From a bacterium (lineage in GTDB: Bacteria; Bacteroidota; Rhodothermia; Rhodothermales; UBA10348): a stretch of DNA of 64,000 nucleotides. The stretch is from assembly GCA_013204185.1 (NCBI GenBank), contig JABMOI010000025.1, forward strand, positions 14,213-78,212. The letters run 5' to 3'. The position numbers and the translations under genes were made by a program. The notes beneath the pieces are model-generated. The model saw only the letters and a program-made list of their open reading frames with translations. It was not told the DNA's origin and made no database searches. Below are positions 9,795 through 17,463 of the stretch, piece after piece (position 1 is the stretch's first letter; each line of letters opens with the position of its first letter).

Positions 9795-10643
9795 ATGAAG
9801 CAATCTGTATCACAAACGTGGTTTGAGCTCGCACCCAGATGGGTGGGATTAGGCCTCCTTTCTGCGATTCTGCTGCTGCTTTCGGTTCGTGACGTGTCGG
9901 CGCAAATTATTGTTCGTGGCAAGCTGGCGCACGATATCGATGTGTTTGCAGGCCAACAGGTTACCGGCACCATTACAGTTGACAATGAAAGCGATACCCT
10001 GCAAGAAGCCAAGGTTTACCTGACCGACTACATGTTTCATGCAGACGGCACGAACGACTACGACGAGGCCGGAACTGGCGCCCGCTCGAATGCAAACTGG
10101 ATCCGCTTTTCGCCCGAAACAATGACGGTGCCTCCTAAAAGCACGGTCGTTGTTAACTACGAAATTACGATTCCAGCCGATGCAAAAGCAGGTTCATATT
10201 GGAGTATGATGATGGTCGAAGGTGTGGACGCATCCTCGGCAGAGTCTTCTACTGCCCCGGAAACGGAGCGACAAGTTGGGTTTCGGCAGGTAACTCGGTA
10301 TGGAGTGCAAGTCGCAGTTCATATTCAGCAGGATGCCGAAAAGAATGTTTCCTTTGATGAGATTCAACTGCTCGTGGACGAGGACGGAAATACATTTTTC
10401 CAAGTAGATGTGACCAATACCGGTGCGCTTATGCTGCGCCCGACGGTTTACATGCGGATTTTTGCTGCCGATGGAACAGAATATGGGCCGTTTGACGGGA
10501 CCCAGTATCGAATGTACCCGGACACGTCCGTTCGGCAACGCATTGAATTGAGCAGCCTACCAGCAGGCACCTATCAGGCCCTCTTGGTGGTTGACAATGG
10601 AGAAGATGCGGTCTTCGGCGGTCAATATGAATTGACGCTTTAG
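9795..10643 (+). CDS. Exported two-domain beta-sandwich protein (282 aa), chaperone-like in size and position; family unknown
   Basis: Signal peptide ...LLSAILLLLSVRDVSA/Q. There are two roughly 110-aa segments with the NEW3/CARDB-type pattern (PPKSTVVVNYEITIPADAKAGSYWSMMMVE; FFQVDVTNTGALMLRPTVYMRIF). It starts 9 nt after the previous gene and ends 2 nt before the next. Confidence 0.7.
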   Translation: MKQSVSQTWFELAPRWVGLGLLSAILLLLSVRDVSAQIIVRGKLAHDIDVFAGQQVTGTITVDNESDTLQEAKVYLTDYMFHADGTNDYDEAGTGARSNANWIRFSPETMTVPPKSTVVVNYEITIPADAKAGSYWSMMMVEGVDASSAESSTAPETERQVGFRQVTRYGVQVAVHIQQDAEKNVSFDEIQLLVDEDGNTFFQVDVTNTGALMLRPTVYMRIFAADGTEYGPFDGTQYRMYPDTSVRQRIELSSLPAGTYQALLVVDNGEDAVFGGQYELTL

Positions 10644-10645
10644 TC

Positions 10646-13600
10646 ATGTTTAGAGCCCGGCTTCAACAGCTGATGATGTTGACCGTTTGGCTGTGCTCGG
10701 CTGCCTCTCCGGTGCTTGCTCAAGAGGGAGTGCGAGTTATTGCTTGGGGCGAAAAGGTCATTAGCATCGAAGCCGGAGGGGTTGGAACGCGCCTTGTTCA
10801 ACTGGTTAATGAAGGAGCGGCAACGGTATCCACCCGTCTAGTGGTCAAAATGCCCGCGGGCTGGACGGTGTTAATACCGCCTCCCGTTGTGTCCATTGAT
10901 GCGGGCCGCACGGTCTCCCAATTGGTTTCCTTCCAAGTTCCTGTTTCAACAGCCGCTGGATCCTACGAAATTGAATTGGCCACAGAGGGCCACTCTGACC
11001 TGGGAACGACGCTTCCCGTGATCATTGAGCCCTCGTTTTCAATTCGTCAAGAATGGATTGAAACCCAGCAATTTGTACGAGCAGGAGGCCGAATTTCAGC
11101 CATTTTATCAGTATTGAATACGGGAAACGCTCCCGCTACCGTAGATATTTCTGGTCGTAGCTCTCTTGGTTATGGCGTTTCGGTTTCGCCTGAAAACGTT
11201 CGCCTATCCGTTGGAGAAACCAAGCAGGTCGAAGTCCAGGTTACGACAGGGGAAGACATATCGAGCCGGCTGGCTCATTCCATTATTGTTGAGCTAAAGA
11301 TTAGAGATTCGGAAGAACAAACGCTGCGAACCCTGTCTTTCAACTCGGACATCCTGCCAACCAAGAAGGCCCTTGGTAGTAATCGCGAGGGTGTTCTTCC
11401 GCTGCGAATCGGTTTTTCTGGAAGCACGGAAGAAGGTCGAAGATCGGGACAAGTAGAAATCGATCTGCCAGAAACGAAGGTTGGAAATCGGCTCTATGAA
11501 GCGTTAGTCAGAATTCCAGACGTTCGCGATGCCTCGGTGTTCGCGTTTTCGGACCAATACTCATTCAAAATGACGTCTCCGCGAACGCGCATACGCATTG
11601 GAGATCACCAATTTCAGTCCACCGATTTACTCGAGAGTGGAACGCTTGGATTTGGCGCTGGCATTGAGATTGATCGTGTTAAAGTGAGTACGGGGGTATT
11701 TGCCCAGCGTAGTCGGAAAGTGTTTCCCGAGCGTGAGCAGGCAGGTGCTTTTGTTCATTATAGACCCATGCCGGGCATCCAACTTGAGGCCAATACGCTC
11801 GTTAAGCGATCCTATGAGGAAGGAACGGCCATCTCAGTAGCCGCTGAACTAAGTCCCGGCTTGAGTTTGCTGCGCGCAGAATATGCAACGGGCTGGTTTG
11901 GCGCAGACGGGACCGGTGGGAAACAACGGGGAGAGGCAGTAGAAATATCGGCAAGCACCAGCGTTAAAAACTCAACGTTTTCAGCAGATTATGATTGGGC
12001 AAACAACGCCTTCTTGGGCAGCCTTCAGAACACCAGGAGCGCTTCTGGAGCCTTCACCATCACGCTTCGGGAATGGTTTCGTCTTCATGGCCAAGCAAGC
12101 CTCTTAAGTCGTTTTTATGAAATTACGGGCGCTCCCCAGGCCGAACAAACGGCTGGAAACGCGAAGGCAGGGTTTACGCTTACCAGCACGGGCGTAAATC
12201 GAGCCTTTATCTCTGTTTCGACCATCAAGCAGATCAATGAAAACACCCTTTCGGCCCTTAAGAGGGACGACATTGCCTTCGAGATCCGGACCGGTTATAA
12301 CCAGCGAAAACTAGGTCTTAGCACGACCTTTATCCGAGGTCAAGCCGAAGACGGGCTTCGGCCTAACCTGAACCCATACTACTCGGGCGCGGCAACGGTG
12401 TCTTCGTCCGTTGGGCAGTTTTCCTTCAACGTTTTTGGCTCCTATCTTCAAGGCCCCACGTTTTACAATCCTGTCGATCAAGAACGCATCATGGTGGGGT
12501 CGAGTCTCGGATGGGATTCTGGAAAAGGCACGCAGGTCCACGGAAGTGTGTTCAAAAGCATCGATCTAGCTTTCGAGCAGCAGGAGTTCCTTCTGAGCGA
12601 TATTCGAATATTGCACCGCTTTTCGTTTGGTCACGACCTAATCCTTCGCGCAAGGGTGGCTCAGACGTCCTCAGATGCCTCTATTCGAAACGGGACGTTT
12701 GGAGTAACCTATCGAATGCCTCTCTACGTTCCAGCGCCTGGCATGCGCGGCAAGCGCGATATCATTGAAGGTCAGGTGGTAGACGCAGTAACGGGTAAAC
12801 CGATTCAGGATGTCATTCTTTCGCTCGATGCCAAAACGTTTGTTACGGATTCCGAAGGTCGGTTCTCGGTCCTAGCCCCCGAATCGGAAAGCGTCTATCT
12901 CTCTATTGATCGCCTGTCCATTGGGCTGGACCGCAGGCCACTACAAGATTTTCCGATTCAGATTTCCTCGGAACAGCGGCAACCGTTGCTTATAAACGTG
13001 GTCCGGTCTGCTAAAATCATTGCCCAGGTTACGTTTGATGGCGATATATCTGCAGGCAGAACGGCGGCTCTTGCCCAGGACATCGGCAAAGATGCTGTCG
13101 CGGGCATTGTTGTTGAAGCACGGCTCGGTAAAACGCGCGTGCGCCGCTTAACATCGGCCTCTGGCGAAGCCCAATTCACAGATCTCGTACCTGGGGAGTG
13201 GAAAATATTCGCGATTGGTAGCACCATTCCAAACGGATACACGACGAGTCCAGATAGCGCCCTGGTGACTGCTACGCCGGGGTCCACCAACGAGACAACA
13301 TTTGAAATAAAGCCGGTATCCAGAGGAATTCAGATGGTATCCTCAGGTTCGGCGTCGCTTGGAAAGGGAATTCGAGTGGGGGGCGCCGTTCCGGTAAAAG
13401 TGGTTCGAGACACGGCAGATCCGAAAACGGATTCAGCCGGGGCCCCAAACGTTGTCCGGCCACCCAGAGAGCCTGTTTCTCCGCCCGAATCAAATCAGGG
13501 TACTCCCAATGGAGAGCTACCTCGAACGCACATCGTTAAGCAGGGTGAAACCCTCGCTCAATTGGCCAGGCAATATTATCAGTCGACGTTGCATTGGGTG

Positions 13601-13741
13601 AGATTGTGGCAGGCCAATACCCGTCTGATTCCGAACCCGGACATAATCAGAGCAGGTACCGAACTAGTCATTCCAGAAATCGGAAAGCTAACAGGAAAAG
13701 AGAAGGCAGCGCTCCGGGAGTACGCAAAGGGCCTCCAATAA
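10646..13741 (+). CDS. Large exported protein: two NEW3/CARDB-like domains, putative beta-barrel core, two carboxypeptidase-regulatory-like domains, Pro-rich linker, C-terminal LysM
   Basis: Signal peptide MLTVWLCSAASPVLA/Q. NEW3-type pattern VQLVNEGAATVSTRLVVKMPAGWTV ... AAGSYEIEL, present twice. About 470 aa of alternating-polarity strands end in GTFGVTYRMPLYV. CarboxypepD_reg-like segment IEGQVVDAVTGKPIQDVILSLDAKTFVTDSEGRF. LysM segment HIVKQGETLAQLARQYYQSTLHWVRLWQANTRLIPNPDIIRAGTELVIPE. Confidence 0.75.
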   Translation: MFRARLQQLMMLTVWLCSAASPVLAQEGVRVIAWGEKVISIEAGGVGTRLVQLVNEGAATVSTRLVVKMPAGWTVLIPPPVVSIDAGRTVSQLVSFQVPVSTAAGSYEIELATEGHSDLGTTLPVIIEPSFSIRQEWIETQQFVRAGGRISAILSVLNTGNAPATVDISGRSSLGYGVSVSPENVRLSVGETKQVEVQVTTGEDISSRLAHSIIVELKIRDSEEQTLRTLSFNSDILPTKKALGSNREGVLPLRIGFSGSTEEGRRSGQVEIDLPETKVGNRLYEALVRIPDVRDASVFAFSDQYSFKMTSPRTRIRIGDHQFQSTDLLESGTLGFGAGIEIDRVKVSTGVFAQRSRKVFPEREQAGAFVHYRPMPGIQLEANTLVKRSYEEGTAISVAAELSPGLSLLRAEYATGWFGADGTGGKQRGEAVEISASTSVKNSTFSADYDWANNAFLGSLQNTRSASGAFTITLREWFRLHGQASLLSRFYEITGAPQAEQTAGNAKAGFTLTSTGVNRAFISVSTIKQINENTLSALKRDDIAFEIRTGYNQRKLGLSTTFIRGQAEDGLRPNLNPYYSGAATVSSSVGQFSFNVFGSYLQGPTFYNPVDQERIMVGSSLGWDSGKGTQVHGSVFKSIDLAFEQQEFLLSDIRILHRFSFGHDLILRARVAQTSSDASIRNGTFGVTYRMPLYVPAPGMRGKRDIIEGQVVDAVTGKPIQDVILSLDAKTFVTDSEGRFSVLAPESESVYLSIDRLSIGLDRRPLQDFPIQISSEQRQPLLINVVRSAKIIAQVTFDGDISAGRTAALAQDIGKDAVAGIVVEARLGKTRVRRLTSASGEAQFTDLVPGEWKIFAIGSTIPNGYTTSPDSALVTATPGSTNETTFEIKPVSRGIQMVSSGSASLGKGIRVGGAVPVKVVRDTADPKTDSAGAPNVVRPPREPVSPPESNQGTPNGELPRTHIVKQGETLAQLARQYYQSTLHWVRLWQANTRLIPNPDIIRAGTELVIPEIGKLTGKEKAALREYAKGLQ

Positions 13742-13765
13742 AACCGATTCGTCTTCGGTCCATAG

Positions 13766-13796
13766 GTGTTTCGCCATCGAAACACATTTTCTTTTC
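13766..13796 (+). terminator. Rho-independent terminator after the LysM gene
   Basis: Perfect 8-bp stem GTGTTTCG / CGAAACAC with a 4-nt loop (13766-13785), followed by TTTTCTTTT. Confidence 0.7.
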
Positions 13797-13910
13797 AAAT
13801 ACGTCTTCTCCCAATCGCGATTCTATAAAAACAGGCATAATTAGGCCATTAGGGCCTACTTCGAAAAACTGCGTCCTTCTCTGGCGCTAGCGGCATCATC
13901 CTTGAACTCC

Positions 13911-14732
13911 ATGACAGTACGCCTGAAGCGCCCGGCTTCAGGTCCCACTAAAAACCGTCATGTTATGTCTGAACTCGAAGGCGCCGAGCATTTTGCCACT
14001 GCCTACTATACGCACAAGACCCAGGAAAACAGGGACCGCCTAGTTTTTGCAACTGAACCTGTTCTCCGTTCCATCATTTCCAAAATTCGCACCCCCGGCG
14101 ATGATTTGGCTAGACCAGAAGAACTCTACCAGGTTGGTGTTATTGCCGTCCTGCAGGCCCTGGATCAATACGATCCATCGACCGGTGTTCGATTTGTCAC
14201 GTTTGCGTACCCACGCATCAGAGGCGAGATCGTGGATTATCTGCGTCGGCTTGACCCGTTGCCTCGGCGTAGACGCGTCAAAGTTGCGCACGCCCGCTAC
14301 ACATTCGACCGATTGGCTCAGCAGATGGGTGGGGAACCAACGGAATCCGATATCGCCACAGCCATGGGAGTTGACGTGCCAGCCTACCGTGTCATCAAGT
14401 CGGATACAGTCAGGAGACAGATGGACTACCTTTTTGACGACCGAGGTGAGGAAGAGGGTCTTCGATTGGTTGACCTCATGCCTGACTCAACGGCCGTTGC
14501 TCGATTCGAGTCCATGGAATGGCAGGACATCCGAACCTACTTGGACAACCTATCCATGACTCTTTCCGAACGGGATCGTACCATCATCGAGTTAAACTAT
14601 GGCGAGGATCTTACGTTGAGCGAGATTGGCATGCTGCTTGGGGTTTCCGAGGCGCGTGTGTCTCAACTGCGCAAGAGCATTCTGTCCAAACTGGCTCGCT
14701 GTGTGGAGCCTTCCCTTCGTACAGCGGCTTAA
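13911..14732 (+). CDS. Sigma-70 family sigma factor, group 3 (FliA/WhiG/SigB-like)
   Basis: Region 2 (YQVGVIAVLQALDQYDPSTGVRFVTFAYPRIRGEIVDYLRR), a region 3 segment, and the region 4.2 HTH (LSERDRTIIELNYGEDLTLSEIGMLLGVSEARVSQLRKSILSKLA). The start could be 13902, 13911 or 13962. Confidence 0.8.
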   Translation: MTVRLKRPASGPTKNRHVMSELEGAEHFATAYYTHKTQENRDRLVFATEPVLRSIISKIRTPGDDLARPEELYQVGVIAVLQALDQYDPSTGVRFVTFAYPRIRGEIVDYLRRLDPLPRRRRVKVAHARYTFDRLAQQMGGEPTESDIATAMGVDVPAYRVIKSDTVRRQMDYLFDDRGEEEGLRLVDLMPDSTAVARFESMEWQDIRTYLDNLSMTLSERDRTIIELNYGEDLTLSEIGMLLGVSEARVSQLRKSILSKLARCVEPSLRTAA

Positions 14733-15307
14733 CGCTTTGAGCTTTTGAAGGACTGTGTGCTGAAGTAGACTGTTTGGGTGTGCTGTTCCTGGCGACCGTT
14801 AGCGCGGTCTACAATGGTCAGCGTAACACTACGGCTTTGAAGTGGAATGTCTTCAGCATCAGGGCTCGCGATAAATGCATATTCAATGGCTTGGCCGTTT
14901 TCGTAACCACGGTTAATGCCGGAGATCAATTGAAGGGGGCTGCCGCCTTTGAGTTGCACTTTGCCGTGCGTCATTCCAAGGCTTGAAAGACCAGAAATCC
15001 AGAGCTCGCTTCCGTCCGGCATGGGAAGGTCGAGTTCGGCTTGGATGAAAACGCCTTCGATGTTTGTCGTCAAATTGTAAAACGTTGAGGCATCGGTCGC
15101 TACAATCCGGTCTGTAGCCGTGCTTTTGTCGACAATAAAGGGAAGGGGATCGCCAGAAACAGACATGACGGTAATGGGCGATACACCGATGTGGACGGTA
15201 TGACTTGCAGATTCTTGAGCGGCTACGTTGGCGGTACTAACTGCGAGCATCAATAGCGCGACAAAGGCAAATCTGAATATGTTCTTTTTGTTGAACACGG
15301 TAGTCAT
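14729..15307 (-). CDS. Small exported beta-rich protein (192 aa), family unknown, possibly related to the 9312-9785 product
   Basis: The internal ATG at 15307 gives the signal peptide MTTVFNKKNIFRFAFVALLMLAVSTANVAA/Q. The longer ORF (to 15409) would run through a terminator hairpin. Its C-terminal ...RSVTLTIVD resembles ...HSVTYTLTD of the 157-aa protein. Confidence 0.6.
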   Translation of the reverse strand: MTTVFNKKNIFRFAFVALLMLAVSTANVAAQESASHTVHIGVSPITVMSVSGDPLPFIVDKSTATDRIVATDASTFYNLTTNIEGVFIQAELDLPMPDGSELWISGLSSLGMTHGKVQLKGGSPLQLISGINRGYENGQAIEYAFIASPDAEDIPLQSRSVTLTIVDRANGRQEQHTQTVYFSTQSFKSSKR

Positions 15308-15364
15308 TCGTGGTGTAATTCCGGATCTGATCCAGAGTAGTGATATCCCTGTAAAGAGACTACG

Positions 15365-15421
15365 AATGAAAACTAAATTTTGGTCTTCATATTTAGGTTT
15401 CGACCGCAAAGAAGACCAAAA
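15365..15421 (-). terminator. Rho-independent terminator after the CBM-repeat gene
   Basis: Perfect 11-bp inverted repeat TTTTGGTCTTC (15378-15388) / GAAGACCAAAA (15411-15421). On the minus strand it is followed by TTTAGTTTTC. Confidence 0.6.
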
Positions 15422-15509
15422 TAATGCGTACTTGAGCCCCTATGCCTACGTAGATATACGTATAAGCCGGGGTATTTCTACGTAATAAATTTAAGTCGTT
15501 TCACGCAGG

Positions 15510-17363
15510 CTATTTCTGGAGAATAACCTTCTGCGTTTGCATGCTTCCCGACTCGGTTATGAGCCGCACGAAGTACATGCCGGAAGCCAAATTCGACCCA
15601 TCAATTTGAACGCGTGTCTGTTGTCCTGCATATCCATTCCCCGAATACAGGGTTTCTCTCAAACGGCCTAACGTGTCCCACAACTCGACCCTCACTTGCT
15701 GGGTCTTTTCCACTTCAAACGATATGGTGGATTGCGGATTGAAGGGGTTTGGGTACGCAGAATGAAGGGTGGCCTCGTTCACCGGCGTAAACTCTTCTTC
15801 CGAGTCGGTCGAAAAAGTCCGCTGTTGCAAAACGATCGTGCAAATTTGCCCACCCCAATTGCACCCAATGGGCTTGTCAAAGTTACCATTGTGACTTCCC
15901 GATACCGTAAGTCGCAGCGTGGCATCCGGCAGAATACAATTACTTGCGGCCGTGGGAAGAATTTTATAGATCCCACCGACCAGTGACCAAGTAACGGGAG
16001 TACTACTGTTTATACTGGTTATCCCCATCCCGTCGATCAATTTGTACTCCAAGCTCCATCCGCTAATGGCTGCTGTCCCGATGTTCTTGATGTCAATGAA
16101 TGCGATGTATGAAGATACCTGACCGCTCAGCAATCGGAATTCGATATAAGGCAGGACGCTGGTCGTGGAGGTACCCGTATCACACGAAACCGTGCTTCCG
16201 CCTCCTGTGCCTCCTCCACCCGTGGAGCCGCCGCCAGTCGTTCCGCCAGTCGTGGTCGTGTCGGATGCAACGTCCTGTTGGACCTCGATTTTCAAGCGAC
16301 ACGGCATACCGTTCACGCTGCAATTCTCGGGTTCCTTAATAGATCCATTCCACGTACCAGCCATCGCGAACGTGTATTCAGACTGTTCAAGTATTCGGCC
16401 TCGTCCAAAATCTGGATGGACGGTATACTGATTTCCAGACCGAGTCCACGTCATTCCTTCCATATGTGTTATGGTCATAGGAAGGTCAAAGCGAAGCGTC
16501 CAAGACGCAAGCTCGTTGTGAGTTGGATTTTCGATTCGGATGTAGCCTTCCCACGTGGTATCCGAGTCCTCAGCAAATTTCATGTAGACAGGCAGTCGAG
16601 GGGTTTCCGTTAGGTAGTCCGGTGGGCTAAATGTGCAGGCCGCGCCGTTTAGGCGGCAATTCGTTGGGAGAGAAGGCGTTCCGGTGTGCACTCCGCGAAA
16701 CGGAATGAGGGCAAAATCACTGGGTCCAATTGAATCGGTGTGGGCATGCCCATAAACTTGATAGTCTGATCCGGAACGTGTCCAGATCACCTCTTCCATT
16801 TCAACAATCAGCGATGCGGTTGAAAATTTTAAATCCCACAACGGAGGGAAGCTCAATTCGGTTGGATTCTGAACAACAATAAAGCCGGTGTATGTGGTAG
16901 GGTCTGAATCCTCAATCCATGCAGACACAATCATGTCTGCAGGTGTGGCAGTCTTAACAACTGGAATTGGAGCGCCTTCTATCGTGCAGGCCGTGCCATT
17001 AAAAAAGCAGTTTCTTGGAAATTCAACGGTGCCATTGTAGGCGAGTCCACTAATGGTAAACCAAACCACATCTCCGGGCAGAATTTCCTTCGTCCAGCCT
17101 CGGCCGTCTACGGTAAACGCGTCCTGAAACTCACTCCATCCGGCGTGTTCGATATTCTCCACGTGAGAATCGAGACGAAAGGTCATCGTCCAATTGTTAA
17201 TGGTCACGGGAGTCATATTGGTTATCATGACATGAGCCGTATACCGGCCGTCACGATTTTGATCAACCGTGTGCAGGATACGCACATCTTGTGCCAGGCT
17301 CGTCGAAACGAACGGGACACAAAAAACCAATACGAAGAAATAAATGGCCTTGTTTAGGCTCAT
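15510..17363 (-). CDS. T9SS-secreted protein with four tandem CBM2-like modules and no catalytic domain
   Basis: Signal peptide, then four roughly 105-aa repeats. Each ends in a conserved N-C-x2-N-G-x2-C motif (NCFFNGTACTIE, NCRLNGAACTF, NCSVNGMPCRL, GCNWGGQICTI) and has Trp-rich cores. There is a Gly/Thr linker (TTTGGTTGGGSTGGGGTGGGST). The C-terminal T9SS sorting domain is AYPNPFNPQSTISFEV ... GMYFVRLITESGSMQTQKVILQK. Confidence 0.75.
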   Translation of the reverse strand: MSLNKAIYFFVLVFCVPFVSTSLAQDVRILHTVDQNRDGRYTAHVMITNMTPVTINNWTMTFRLDSHVENIEHAGWSEFQDAFTVDGRGWTKEILPGDVVWFTISGLAYNGTVEFPRNCFFNGTACTIEGAPIPVVKTATPADMIVSAWIEDSDPTTYTGFIVVQNPTELSFPPLWDLKFSTASLIVEMEEVIWTRSGSDYQVYGHAHTDSIGPSDFALIPFRGVHTGTPSLPTNCRLNGAACTFSPPDYLTETPRLPVYMKFAEDSDTTWEGYIRIENPTHNELASWTLRFDLPMTITHMEGMTWTRSGNQYTVHPDFGRGRILEQSEYTFAMAGTWNGSIKEPENCSVNGMPCRLKIEVQQDVASDTTTTGGTTGGGSTGGGGTGGGSTVSCDTGTSTTSVLPYIEFRLLSGQVSSYIAFIDIKNIGTAAISGWSLEYKLIDGMGITSINSSTPVTWSLVGGIYKILPTAASNCILPDATLRLTVSGSHNGNFDKPIGCNWGGQICTIVLQQRTFSTDSEEEFTPVNEATLHSAYPNPFNPQSTISFEVEKTQQVRVELWDTLGRLRETLYSGNGYAGQQTRVQIDGSNLASGMYFVRLITESGSMQTQKVILQK

Positions 17364-17463
17364 TGAAGTGTGTGAAGCGATGTTGCTTCAAATAGATCGG
17401 GGACGAATGTGAGGGCGGCGGCTCGTCCATAGTTTGAGTACGACAGAAAATCCAATTTTTGCG

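Noticed and set aside
14047-14559. 170-aa alternative-frame ORF within the sigma factor gene
   Set aside because: It is on the same strand but out of frame with a product that has clean sigma regions 2, 3 and 4. The alternative product has no motifs.
15308-15409. N-terminal extension of the 226-aa ORF (start at 15409)
   Set aside because: The extension runs through the 11-bp-stem terminator hairpin of the upstream gene. It would also bury the obvious signal peptide that begins at the ATG at 15307.
16150-16270. Repetitive GGT/GGA/ACC-rich DNA that looks like a short tandem repeat
   Set aside because: It encodes the in-frame Gly/Thr linker (TTTGGTTGGGSTGGGGTGGGST) between CBM-like modules. 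It is not a CRISPR array or a non-coding repeat element.
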